From the NCBI GenBank assembly GCA_016188425.1, contig JACPHX010000016.1, positions 22,161 to 86,160 on the forward strand: 64,000 nucleotides of DNA, given 5' to 3'. Positions 49,264-58,979 of this stretch are shown piece after piece; position 1 is the stretch's first letter; every line of letters begins with the position of its first letter. The position numbers and the translations under genes are program-made. A model generated the notes under the pieces. The model ran no database searches, was not told the DNA's origin, and saw nothing but the letters and a program-made list of their open reading frames with translations. Source of the DNA: Candidatus Uhrbacteria bacterium. Its GTDB lineage: Bacteria; Patescibacteriota; Patescibacteriia; UBA9934; GWF2-40-263.

Positions 49264-50235
49264 CAAGAGGTCCGCGATCATGAGTTCGAGCGCTGCCTCG
49301 GCCGAAAGCGCGCGGCGTTTAATGAGTTGGTCTGCTTCGAGCGCTCGTGCACAGGCACGAACTAACGCGTCTGGAGAAAACGCACGCTGTTGGCTCATTG
49401 TTTTCTTGGCAACGAACTGATGCAGACGGAATACGGAGCCGAAGCCCCCTGCTGATGACGGGCCATGTTCTTGTTCCCATTGGGAAGCCGCGCGCAAGAG
49501 ACGGATTTGCCGTAACCAAAGACCCCAGAGAGAAAACGCATCGCTCCCCGCCTGGCGTTCTTTCATCAGCAATTGTGCCGCGCGCTGTCCGTCGCCTCCC
49601 GAAATCGTATCCATGAGACCGAAAAGGTTGCTCTCCGCCATCGGTCGCACCAATTCTTCTATGGCTTCCTTGGTAATCGATCCAGACCCGGCATACGAGA
49701 CCAGTTTGCGGAGCTCGGCATCCATGCGGAAGAGATCCGAGCCGACGCGGGATACTAATTCTTGCGCCTGCACACGGTCAATCCTTCCTTTAAGAGAGTT
49801 CGCGCGTTCGATCACCCACGAGACGAGTGATGCGCCCACAAGTGATGGGAAAGGATATTTATGTACTTCAGGAAGCGAGGAGACAAAGGTTATCAATGGA
49901 TGTTTTTCGATGTCTGGGACACTTTTGCAATCGAGACAGACGAGGATGGTCGAGGTGGGTATGCTTGAAAAGATTTCTTCCCAAATTTTGTAATCCGCTT
50001 TTTTTGTCGCGGAGGTGAGGATGCCCGTGACGATCACCATGCGCTTGGGAGCCAAAAAAGGGCTCTGGCGCAAGGCAACACGCACGGCATTGGGCTCGAG
50101 GCGTTCAGACTCCCGCGCGGGCAGGACGGTGACATTTATTTTGGTTGGGTCGTGCCTCTGGATAAAGGCCTGGCGCATCTGATTGGCCTTCTCCCGCACC
50201 CGGAACCCATCGTCTCCGTAAATGAAAATCCTCAT
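49243..50235 (-). CDS. holA: DNA polymerase III delta subunit
   Basis: IFIYGDD; SPFLAPKRMVIV; GSDL....ELRKL..Y; ESNLFGLMD. Confidence 0.88.
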   Translation of the reverse strand: MRIFIYGDDGFRVREKANQMRQAFIQRHDPTKINVTVLPARESERLEPNAVRVALRQSPFLAPKRMVIVTGILTSATKKADYKIWEEIFSSIPTSTILVCLDCKSVPDIEKHPLITFVSSLPEVHKYPFPSLVGASLVSWVIERANSLKGRIDRVQAQELVSRVGSDLFRMDAELRKLVSYAGSGSITKEAIEELVRPMAESNLFGLMDTISGGDGQRAAQLLMKERQAGSDAFSLWGLWLRQIRLLRAASQWEQEHGPSSAGGFGSVFRLHQFVAKKTMSQQRAFSPDALVRACARALEADQLIKRRALSAEAALELMIADLLKTKHPE

Positions 50236-50346
50236 ACCGGCGCATCTTATCATAATCAGAAACCGCCCCGGACGGACGGTTTCATGTCTGTATTTTGTTG
50301 GTGTGGACGGGTTTACACCATACACGAACGGGTTTGGTATACGCCC

Positions 50347-53007
50347 CTACGATCGAATTGGCTTTAATCCCCCCCAATTATCCCCCTGTTCTACATCGAC
50401 GACCAATGGAACCTCCCAGTGGGTGACGCCCTCCATAATTTCACGGACGCCCATCGCGACCGACTTCACCGCGTCGTCATCCACTTCCAGTACGATTTCG
50501 TCGTGCACCTGGAGGATCATGGCGGCAGGCCACTTTGAGGCGGTGAGCCAGCCGTCCACGGCGATCATCGCCTTCTTCATAAGGTCGGCGGCCGTGCCTT
50601 GGATGGGCATATTAATGGCCATGCGTTCCGCTTGCGCGATGAGTTGCGGGACGGATCCCCGGATTTCTGGCAGATAGCGGCGACGGCCAAAAAGCGTCTC
50701 GACGTACCCCTTTTCGTGGGCGAAGGCCTTCATCGCATCGAGATACTCGCGAATGCCGGTGTGTATCGAGAAGTATGTTTCAATAAATGTCTTCGCTTCA
50801 TCCTGCTTCATTCCCGTCGAAGCGGCGAGCGAACGGGAACCCATGCCATAGAGGATGCCGAAGTTGATCGCTTTTGCGGCCCGCCTCTGTTCCTTCGTCA
50901 CTCTCCCTTCCTCCACTCCCCACACTTCCGCCGCCGTGCGCGTATGCACGTCCGCTCCATCGACGAACGCTTGGATGAACGGTTTGTCTTTGGCGATGAC
51001 GGCGGCGAGACGCAATTCGATTTGGGAGTAGTCGGCCGAAACCAACTTCTTCCCTCGTCCAGCGACGAACGCCTTACGAATCTCATTCCCCAGTTCAGTT
51101 TTGATCGGGATATTCTGCAGGTTGGGGTCTTTAGACGACAAACGCCCGGTCGCTGCCACGGCCTGCTGGTAGGTAGTATGAATGCGCCCATCCTGCTCTA
51201 TCAACGACGGTAAAGCTTCGACATACGTCGATTGGAGCTTAGACCATTCGCGGTATTGGGAGATGAACGGGATGACCGGATGCGCATCCATCATCTTTTC
51301 GAGCTCAGGCGCCGCGGTCGAGAATCCCTGTTTCGTCCGTTTTATCCCCTTGGTCGGCAACGCGAGCTTTTCGTAGAGAACTTGCCCCAGCTGGCTCGGT
51401 GAGTTGATGTTGAACGTGGAACCGGCGGCTTTGTAGATATCCTGGGCTACTTGTTCCAGGTCGTGCTTGAGACGCTTGGAGAGTTTCGTAAGCGCACTTT
51501 GATCCAGAGAGATCCCTGTTTTCTCCATCTTGTTGAGGATAGGCACCAAAGGCATTTCCATGTCTTCAAAGACGGGTTGAGCGCCCTCGTCTGCGAGCTT
51601 TTTCTTGAGGATAGCTTTGAGGCCAGGCAAAAGCGCGGTCGTTTGCGCAAGCAAACGCAGTTCTTTTTCCACCGTAAACTGCCGCGGCCATTCGGGGAGC
51701 TGGATGTGTTGATATTCGTTGACGATGGAAGGGAGATCGTGACCGCGCGTGCCCGGGTTCAGGACATACGCCGCCAGCATGATATCGAACCAGCGCGCGT
51801 CGGTCGCAAACGGGTAGAGTTTGAGCGAGGATTTAAGATCGTGCGTGGCCACATGGCTGGCATGGGCCAGACGATCATGAAGATGTCGAAGGGATTCCGC
51901 GGATGGATGAGTCAGGAGAAGCGTCGTCTTCCCATCACTGACACACAAAGCCGAGAGTCTCGATCCGAACAAGTCCGCCGGCTGCTCCCCCAGAAGAAAC
52001 GCGACTGTTTCACCGGAAAGTTTGGTGAGCGCCTCCGTGAATTGTGTTTCTGTGACGGTTTTGACCTCGTCTTTTGACGCAACTACCCCACGGACTCTCC
52101 CCCTGCCAAGGGGGAGTTGGAGGGGGTTTGGCTCGTTCTCGTGGCGACGAATAAGTGTTTTGAAACCGTACTCTCGATAAAAAGCGAGGACTTTGTCCCA
52201 GGTGGGGGAGATCGCGGTACTGGCCAAGTCTATCTTGAGCGGCAAATCGCGAACGATGGTGACAAGGGCGCGCGCCATCTCCGCTGTCTTTTCCTGGCCT
52301 TCCAATTTTTGCGCGTATTTGGAAGAAAGCGTCCCCGCTTTGAGCGCTTCAAACATTTTCTCGATCGAATGGTACTTTCCAACCAACTCTTCCGCCGACT
52401 TTTCCCCGATGCCGCGCACGCCAGGGATGTTATCGGACGTATCCCCACGTAACGCCTTGTATTCGATGAGTTCCGTGGGGGTCAGGCCGCCATAGCGTTC
52501 TTTTACCGCATCGATGTCATAGCGCTTCGTCTGCGACAGGCCTTTTACGAAAAACAGCACTTCCGTCGTCTTGTCGACGAGCTGGAGCGAGTCCAAGTCG
52601 CCGGTGACGATCATGGTCTGCCACTGCTTCTCTTTGGCCTTTTCCGCAAGCGTCCCGATGATGTCGTCGGCTTCATACCCCGGGAGCGACACGCTGGGGA
52701 TGCCGAAGGTGGCCAACAGATCCTGGATCATGGGGATCTGGTCGTAGAGTTCTTGTTCCTTGGTTTCCCGCTGGGCTTTGTACGGCTCAAACATCTCGTG
52801 GCGGAAGGTCTTGCCTGGCAAATCCCAAGCGACGGCGACATAGGCCGGTTTTTGGTCGGTAAGCAATTTTTCAAGCACCATCGCAAACCCATAGACGGCG
52901 TTTACGACCGTGCCGTCGGGTTTGGTGAGCGGAGGGATGGCATGCCAAGCGCGATGCAAAAGCGCATTGCCATCGAGCAAAACAAACAGAGGATTTTTGG
53001 TAGTCAT
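50347..53007 (-). CDS. polA: DNA polymerase I
   Basis: LLDGNALLHRAWHA; EADDIIGTL; TGRLSSKDPNLQNIP; SADYSQIELR; KAINFGILYG; LQVHDEIV. Confidence 0.98.
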   Translation of the reverse strand: MTTKNPLFVLLDGNALLHRAWHAIPPLTKPDGTVVNAVYGFAMVLEKLLTDQKPAYVAVAWDLPGKTFRHEMFEPYKAQRETKEQELYDQIPMIQDLLATFGIPSVSLPGYEADDIIGTLAEKAKEKQWQTMIVTGDLDSLQLVDKTTEVLFFVKGLSQTKRYDIDAVKERYGGLTPTELIEYKALRGDTSDNIPGVRGIGEKSAEELVGKYHSIEKMFEALKAGTLSSKYAQKLEGQEKTAEMARALVTIVRDLPLKIDLASTAISPTWDKVLAFYREYGFKTLIRRHENEPNPLQLPLGRGRVRGVVASKDEVKTVTETQFTEALTKLSGETVAFLLGEQPADLFGSRLSALCVSDGKTTLLLTHPSAESLRHLHDRLAHASHVATHDLKSSLKLYPFATDARWFDIMLAAYVLNPGTRGHDLPSIVNEYQHIQLPEWPRQFTVEKELRLLAQTTALLPGLKAILKKKLADEGAQPVFEDMEMPLVPILNKMEKTGISLDQSALTKLSKRLKHDLEQVAQDIYKAAGSTFNINSPSQLGQVLYEKLALPTKGIKRTKQGFSTAAPELEKMMDAHPVIPFISQYREWSKLQSTYVEALPSLIEQDGRIHTTYQQAVAATGRLSSKDPNLQNIPIKTELGNEIRKAFVAGRGKKLVSADYSQIELRLAAVIAKDKPFIQAFVDGADVHTRTAAEVWGVEEGRVTKEQRRAAKAINFGILYGMGSRSLAASTGMKQDEAKTFIETYFSIHTGIREYLDAMKAFAHEKGYVETLFGRRRYLPEIRGSVPQLIAQAERMAINMPIQGTAADLMKKAMIAVDGWLTASKWPAAMILQVHDEIVLEVDDDAVKSVAMGVREIMEGVTHWEVPLVVDVEQGDNWGGLKPIRS
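52095..52127 (-). repeat. Repeat family B copy in frame in the PolA interdomain linker
   Basis: Reverse complement aaccccctccaactccccttggcagggggagag; encodes NPLQLPLGRGR. Confidence 0.6.
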
Positions 53008-53139
53008 GTATGCTGATACTAGCAAAAATAGGCAAATTTTTCAATAAAAAAGTGGTGTCACTTGCAGATGGGAAACGAACCCCATAGGCAGATGACACGC
53101 ACAGAGATTGCCGTACCGCCTTTGGGCGGCATCAGGAGA

Positions 53140-54402
53140 TCACGCGGTCGGAACCGTGGCCTTGGCGGGCGTGAACGGATTGTTCCGCTGCATCGTCACC
53201 TCGACCTTGTTGCCATTATCGGAGCGTCGCACGCGCGTGAGAATCTCTCCTTCCACGCGGATGACGAAGCCGTCCTTGGTGTTCTCGTCGAGGATCGGCT
53301 GACCGTCCGGGACGAACGCGTACGTGCCGTCCGGCGAGGACTTCGCGATGACCGGCTGGAGGTAGAAGGCCTTGTTCTCGCCCTTGAGCGTGAACACCGA
53401 ACCGATCAGATTGCCGATCTGGTAGCCGATGCTCATCTCGACGATGACGCCTTCGAAGGAGGCGTGTTTCCACATCCCTTCCGGCATGATGTCGCCCGCG
53501 AGGCGCTTCTTGCCGAGGTTTCCATCGAGGTACTGGAGGCCTTTGCCGTCACTCTGCACGAGCAAGTCGCCCATGAAGGTGTGCACCCCACCCGACGCGA
53601 GCGGCACCGAGGCGATCGCCTCGCCCTTCCAGTAGATCTGGGAGCGCTCTTGCGCCGGGTTGGCGAGCACGATGGAGCGATGCTCGACCGTGGGCGACTC
53701 GCTGCGGAGGAAGCCCTTGTTGCCGAAGAGGGCGTGCTGCATCATCGAGAGGAAGTCGATCGTGGCCTGCTCCGGCGGGAACATCCCGATGGCGCTGGGG
53801 CTGCCGTCCGCAAGGATGTTCATGGCATCCAGGGTGAACCACGACGTGAAGCCCGTCTTGATCGCGACGAAGTTGTCCAGCGCGTCGTAGAGGCCTTCGG
53901 GCACCTGGCTCGCCGCGTTCTTGTTGGGGACGTACCCGCTGACGATGTAAGCGACGTAGCCGATGTCCTCCAGCGCGTAGGTCGGCTTTCCGGCCTTCAC
54001 GAGCGTCATCGGCCGCATATCCTTGCTCATGAGCTCCGCGAGGCCCTTGTTGGTCCCCACCGCGACGAGCACCACGAGCTTGCGGTTCTTGGGATCGGCG
54101 AACGTCTTGTGAAAGAAGAGCCCCTCGATCTCTTTGGGCGGGGTCGCGATGATGGGGTTGTCCTTGTTCTGCGCGGCGGCCGCAACAAGGGTCGTGTCCT
54201 TGGGGGCGATCTCGAGCGCGGGCCCGGTCTTCGCCGGGGTGTTCGCGGGCGGGGCCATCCGCTTCTCGATCTTCGTGCCCTTCGCGCGCACCTTGGTCGT
54301 CTTCTTGCCCTTGGTCGAGACGACCTTCGGGGCCTTGGGCTTGTTGGGGGCGATGTTCTTGCCCTTGGGGTTCCGCTTGGTCTTGTTGCCATTGGGATTC
54401 AT
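53140..54402 (-). CDS. Hypothetical protein (~420 aa) with Lys-rich N-terminal tail and high GC3
   Basis: AGGAG precedes ATG 54402; strong G/C third-position bias. Confidence 0.7.
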   Translation of the reverse strand: MNPNGNKTKRNPKGKNIAPNKPKAPKVVSTKGKKTTKVRAKGTKIEKRMAPPANTPAKTGPALEIAPKDTTLVAAAAQNKDNPIIATPPKEIEGLFFHKTFADPKNRKLVVLVAVGTNKGLAELMSKDMRPMTLVKAGKPTYALEDIGYVAYIVSGYVPNKNAASQVPEGLYDALDNFVAIKTGFTSWFTLDAMNILADGSPSAIGMFPPEQATIDFLSMMQHALFGNKGFLRSESPTVEHRSIVLANPAQERSQIYWKGEAIASVPLASGGVHTFMGDLLVQSDGKGLQYLDGNLGKKRLAGDIMPEGMWKHASFEGVIVEMSIGYQIGNLIGSVFTLKGENKAFYLQPVIAKSSPDGTYAFVPDGQPILDENTKDGFVIRVEGEILTRVRRSDNGNKVEVTMQRNNPFTPAKATVPTA

Positions 54403-54570
54403 GTACCGTCTCCTGTCCTTGGGTAGAGGAACGAACCGGAACTGTTCCGGGACGTTCTGCATCCGCATACGTTCGATGTCTTCGAAAACGTACGATCACT
54501 GTAAAGCGATAGGCGCAATTCTAGTCGAAGCGGAAAATTGTGTCAAAGCGTGGGGATCGTTACAAAATCA

Positions 54571-54618
54571 AAAAGGTGCCGGGGATTGAGTGTTTGAGCA
54601 CTCGTTCCCCGACACCTG
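54571..54618 (-). terminator. Hairpin/terminator after the DUF4407-like gene
   Basis: aaaaggtgccggggattgagtgtttgagcactcgttccccgacacct. Confidence 0.55.
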
Positions 54619-54645
54619 CACCGTCCCGGCCGTATGCCGGATCGA

Positions 54646-56910
54646 TCAACTCACCTTTCCCGTGCCCGTCCCCGTCGCCGGTGCGATTGGCGTCGCCACT
54701 GGTGTCGCCCCCGAAGGTGCAGGCGCCGCTGGCGGAACCACTCCATTGCTTTTTGGTTGCACTACAGGCACGACAACCTCAGGCACCGGACCAGTCCACC
54801 CAAGTACGCGCAGCTCATCGGTGTTCACTTGAAAGAACGCCTGCGGCCCCTTCAAAGAGGGCATCCGCGAAGGCAGAGGAGGGATCTCCTCGCCCAGCGA
54901 CTGGATCTCGTCCAGGATAGGACCCAACTCCCGAAGGGGTCGGAAAACCCTATCGAGAGCAGCAGCATACTTTTGCTGCTGAAGGGTTGCGTAGGGCATA
55001 GTCGGATTCCCAACCGCCCGACTCCTCGCCTCATCCTCGATGTGGCCGATCTCCATGCTGATCCGGGCATATTCGGCCCGGACCTTCTCTTGCAGCTGCG
55101 CCGCCCTTCGCAGCAGCGGACCAGCGTCCACCCATCCGATCTCCAGAAGAGAATCGAACATGTTGTCGATGAACCGACGAGGGTGAGGCTCGCCCGGATA
55201 GGCACTTCCCCATGTAGTCCGCGACTTCGGGAAACGAATATCCCCCTTCGCCGCTGCTCGCTCTGCCCGTCGTACCCTATCCAGCGCCGGCACCACGATC
55301 TTATCCCAGTGCTTGTGGACGACTTTCTCGATTTCCGAGCTCTTCGTCCGCTGTGGCGATGCTTCCTGGCGTATGGTCGTCTCAAACGACCGAAATGCCG
55401 TCACCAGTGCCTCGTCCGCATCGTGGATCTCCTTGTGCACTTGCTGCACCTTCTCATCCGTGAAGAACCCATCTATCGACGGCTCGTACCCTTCGACACG
55501 AAACCCTTCGAGAACATCTGGATTCCCCTTCGCGGCCTGATATTCCCGCGAATAGTAGAGGTGCAATTCCTTCGGAGCGCGACCCTTGAACAGGATCAGG
55601 AGAAGACTCGGAGCCATCATCACCAGATGCACGAGCATCACGATAAAAAAATTGCTCCAATCCGACCGAATGACCTTCCAGAGCGCCCGGTGCTGGTCGC
55701 TGATGCCGTTGCTCTCCTCGAAGTCTCCCGAATAAATCGCGGCGAGCTCCTTTGGATCCAATCTGCGGATCTTGTTTTCCTCCTCCTGTCGTTCGCGCTG
55801 AAGCGCTCGAACTTTGGAAGACCCGGTATCCGTGTCACCCCTCCGCATCGAGTCCGTTTCCTTGTCGAAGGCGACGATTGCCTCGCGTGCCGTCTTCTCG
55901 GCTTCTGTCCGCTCGGCGACCGTTTCCGCCTTGGTCTGCTTCAGATCCTGACAAATCCGGCCGCAGGTGCCTTTTTTGCTGGTGCCGTTGCCCGCTATCT
56001 CATCGGCGATCCGGCGGTCCAGTTCCTTGATACGCGCTTCGATTGGCTTCCGGTCCTCGGCAAGCGAAGCGATGAGCTCCGAGCGCGCACCTTTGCGTCC
56101 TTCCAAAGCCGCCGACTGGCCGTCGGACGAGCCCTTGCTCGCTTCCGCGATCAATTTCTCATACTCGTCCCGCTTGCTGGCGACCGCATCCTCTCGGATT
56201 TTGTCGAGTTTGGGTTTTTTGTCCCTGTCCAGCTGCCGCACGATCTCCTGTCTCATGAAGAGCAGGTCCAGTGGAAGCGCGGTGGCGAACGTGAACCCAA
56301 GGGCAAGGATGATGCGCAGGAGGAATGGATTCTTCATCCAGCCCATCCACTTGCTCCACTGCTCCCGCGCCCGTTTGAATGCGAGGACGTCGACCTTGTA
56401 CAAAGATAGGTCGACCAGGGCGATCAGCAGCGGAAACGCCATCCCCAGGACATAAACCCATGCGTTAGTTTGGAGACCAATGAACCAGTACCCCATCCAC
56501 GCGAACACGTCGATGACGAAGTTCACGCCAATGAGCGCCTTGGCATCCAAGATGGCCTTGGAAGCCGGTGGCTCGAGGTTTCGGTCCCCATAGACCTTGA
56601 GGTCGATGAGCTCTGGAATCCGTAGAAAATTGACGATCTTGTCCAGCGTCGCCCACAAGAACATGGTGACACTCATAAGGATTCGTCCCATGTACGCGAA
56701 CGCACGTTCAACGGCGTTCAACGTCTGGTACCACTTCCTTGCGATCCAATCCCCGATCCCCTCCGCCGTCCTCCATCCTCTTACGAGAATGTTTGGCCGC
56801 GGAGGCGTCGGCCTCTCAACCTGCGTTACTGGGTCTTGCCCCCCGACGTTCGTCTGGGGCTCTTGTTGTTGGTTCCCGGCTTGTCCGCCTGGATCTTGTC
56901 TTGTTGCCAT
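54646..56910 (-). CDS. DUF4407-like membrane/coiled-coil protein (~754 aa)
   Basis: AAGGAGG RBS; TM helices; LRIILALG....PLDLLFMRQEI; coiled coil with EIAG.GTS..G.CG..C. Confidence 0.65.
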   Translation of the reverse strand: MATRQDPGGQAGNQQQEPQTNVGGQDPVTQVERPTPPRPNILVRGWRTAEGIGDWIARKWYQTLNAVERAFAYMGRILMSVTMFLWATLDKIVNFLRIPELIDLKVYGDRNLEPPASKAILDAKALIGVNFVIDVFAWMGYWFIGLQTNAWVYVLGMAFPLLIALVDLSLYKVDVLAFKRAREQWSKWMGWMKNPFLLRIILALGFTFATALPLDLLFMRQEIVRQLDRDKKPKLDKIREDAVASKRDEYEKLIAEASKGSSDGQSAALEGRKGARSELIASLAEDRKPIEARIKELDRRIADEIAGNGTSKKGTCGRICQDLKQTKAETVAERTEAEKTAREAIVAFDKETDSMRRGDTDTGSSKVRALQRERQEEENKIRRLDPKELAAIYSGDFEESNGISDQHRALWKVIRSDWSNFFIVMLVHLVMMAPSLLLILFKGRAPKELHLYYSREYQAAKGNPDVLEGFRVEGYEPSIDGFFTDEKVQQVHKEIHDADEALVTAFRSFETTIRQEASPQRTKSSEIEKVVHKHWDKIVVPALDRVRRAERAAAKGDIRFPKSRTTWGSAYPGEPHPRRFIDNMFDSLLEIGWVDAGPLLRRAAQLQEKVRAEYARISMEIGHIEDEARSRAVGNPTMPYATLQQQKYAAALDRVFRPLRELGPILDEIQSLGEEIPPLPSRMPSLKGPQAFFQVNTDELRVLGWTGPVPEVVVPVVQPKSNGVVPPAAPAPSGATPVATPIAPATGTGTGKVS

Positions 56911-57063
56911 GTTGTGAAAGGCCTCCTTCGCCTTTTCAGAACCGTTGTTTGGTGAGGTCTTGGAGCTCTGGCTGTAATGAAATGCAGGCAGAGACAAGAC
57001 GAGAAAATACCATATTTTGGCCAAAAAGTCAAGATCCTGGCTGTAAGCTATAATGGAACAACT

Positions 57064-57771
57064 ATGAGCTTATTTTTCTTGGCTATTTTGGCAGGATTCC
57101 TGACTATCATTGCCCCCTGTATTCTTCCTGTCCTCCCCATAGTCCTAGGAAGCGGATCCTCGCCCTCAAAGGCCAGACCCCTCTTCGTGGTCGCTGGTTT
57201 CATCCTTTCCTTCAGCATTATCGGCGCCGCTTTTGCCACGGCCGGCTCATTTATCGGCCTTTCCCAAGACACCGTCCGTCTCGTCGCCTCTCTGTTATTG
57301 ATCTTGTTTGGTTGCTCCATGCTTTTTGAAGAAACGTTTTCCCGTTTCACAAGCAAGCTCTCCTCCCCCCTTTCCAAAGCGGGACAAAGAATCAGCGCTC
57401 CCGCGGCTACCCATCAGCACCCAGCGTTTGGACTCCTGGTTGGGTTGTCTCTCGGTTTGATCTGGACGCCCTGCGCCGGCCCTATCCTTGGAACAATCCT
57501 GACTTTGTCCTTCACGGAAAAAGATTTCATCCTGACAGCTGTCCTCTTTGGCGCCTATGCTTTGGGTGCTGGCATCCCCATGCTCGCCATCGCCTATGGC
57601 TCCGGTCGCATCTTAAGCCGACTGCGCGCCTTCAGTTCCCGCGCCCATCTCATCAACCGCATCTTCGGCGCCCTCATTATCCTCGCGGGGATAGGAATCC
57701 TTACTGGGTACGACCGATACCTGCAGGCAGCCCTTATCCAGTTTTACCCTGAACGCTTTCTCCCCCTATGA
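57064..57771 (+). CDS. ccdA: CcdA/DsbD-type transmembrane disulfide reductase
   Basis: LAGFLTIIAPCILPVLP; WTPCAGPILG; YALGAGIP. Confidence 0.9.
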   Translation: MSLFFLAILAGFLTIIAPCILPVLPIVLGSGSSPSKARPLFVVAGFILSFSIIGAAFATAGSFIGLSQDTVRLVASLLLILFGCSMLFEETFSRFTSKLSSPLSKAGQRISAPAATHQHPAFGLLVGLSLGLIWTPCAGPILGTILTLSFTEKDFILTAVLFGAYALGAGIPMLAIAYGSGRILSRLRAFSSRAHLINRIFGALIILAGIGILTGYDRYLQAALIQFYPERFLPL

Positions 57772-58916
57772 AATACCGCGCGCTCATTGCCGTCATTATT
57801 ATTTTTGTTTTCGTGGTGGTGGGCGGCATCATCACTTCCACTCGGATTGGAAGCAAAGCGAATCTTCCATCACTGAACGCGCTCATCCAAACCCAACCGC
57901 TGATGCCGGATATGGATTTGCCGGTGCTGGGAACACTTCCAAAAATCGAAGGCATCGCCGCCTGGATCAATACAGGCGGCATCAACCAAGACGACCTAAA
58001 AAACAAAGTGGTCCTGGTGGATTTCATGACCTATTCCTGCATCAATTGCATCCGAACCTTCCCCACCCTGAACCGATGGTACGATAAATATCACCGCAGC
58101 GGCCTTGTGATGATTGGCATTCATACTCCCGAGTTTGATTTTGAAAAAAAACAGGATTCTGTTCAACGAGCCGTGAATGATTATGGCATCAAATTTCCGG
58201 TCGGACTGGATAACGACTATAAAACCTGGAACAATTTCCAAAACCGCTTCTGGCCCGCCACGTATCTTTTTGATCGCACCGGCGCCCTCCGATATACCCA
58301 TTTTGGCGAGGGAAATTATGAGGTCACAGAGGCCGCCATTCAGGAACTGTTGGATACCGATGAGGAAATCACAAACTCCTCGTCGCCAGATTTTAAAAAA
58401 ATCGCCTCCCCTGAAACGTACTTTGGATGGAAAAGGGCGGACCGATACGCAGGAAATATAGACATCGATGCCAATGACCGCGCCCTCTACGAATTCCCTA
58501 CATACCTCCCCAAAAACAACTGGGCCTTGCAGGGCGGCTGGACGGTCTTCAAGGAATACGCCCTGGCCGATGGCCCAAGCCGTCTCCAATTCCGTTTTGA
58601 CGCACCGAAGGTTTACTTCGTCCTGGCGCCAGAAACGGCCAAACAAACCAAAGTGAATGTCCGTCTTGATGGTCAGTGGGTGCCGAAACAATACGCAGGG
58701 GCAGACGTATCGGTAGAATCCACTACTGACAGAAGTTATGTGACCATTGAGTATCCGCAGCTATATGAGCTTCTGGCGAATATAGAAGGGGAACACACGA
58801 TAGAACTGGAATTTTTGGAACCAAACAGCAAGGTCTACTCCATCACGTTCGGGGCTGGAGAAAAGCCGACAACGAGCGAACAGCCGGCGGCTCCGACAGA
58901 GGTAAAACCACAATAA
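57768..58916 (+). CDS. DipZ-like thioredoxin (C-terminal half of a split DipZ)
   Basis: VVLVDFMTYSCINCIRT; GIHTPEFDFEK; NRFWPATYL; HFGEGNY; SPETYFG; QLYEL. Confidence 0.88.
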   Translation: MKYRALIAVIIIFVFVVVGGIITSTRIGSKANLPSLNALIQTQPLMPDMDLPVLGTLPKIEGIAAWINTGGINQDDLKNKVVLVDFMTYSCINCIRTFPTLNRWYDKYHRSGLVMIGIHTPEFDFEKKQDSVQRAVNDYGIKFPVGLDNDYKTWNNFQNRFWPATYLFDRTGALRYTHFGEGNYEVTEAAIQELLDTDEEITNSSSPDFKKIASPETYFGWKRADRYAGNIDIDANDRALYEFPTYLPKNNWALQGGWTVFKEYALADGPSRLQFRFDAPKVYFVLAPETAKQTKVNVRLDGQWVPKQYAGADVSVESTTDRSYVTIEYPQLYELLANIEGEHTIELEFLEPNSKVYSITFGAGEKPTTSEQPAAPTEVKPQ

Positions 58917-58979
58917 GCGTTCTTTGCCCGCTTTTTACCGTGAACGAAAAAACAGGCCATCCGTTCGATGTGCCTGTGC

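Noticed and set aside
53062-56409. Long + strand ORFs (454 aa and 591 aa)
   Set aside because: Antisense shadows of high-GC3 minus-strand genes that have an RBS and protein-like composition.
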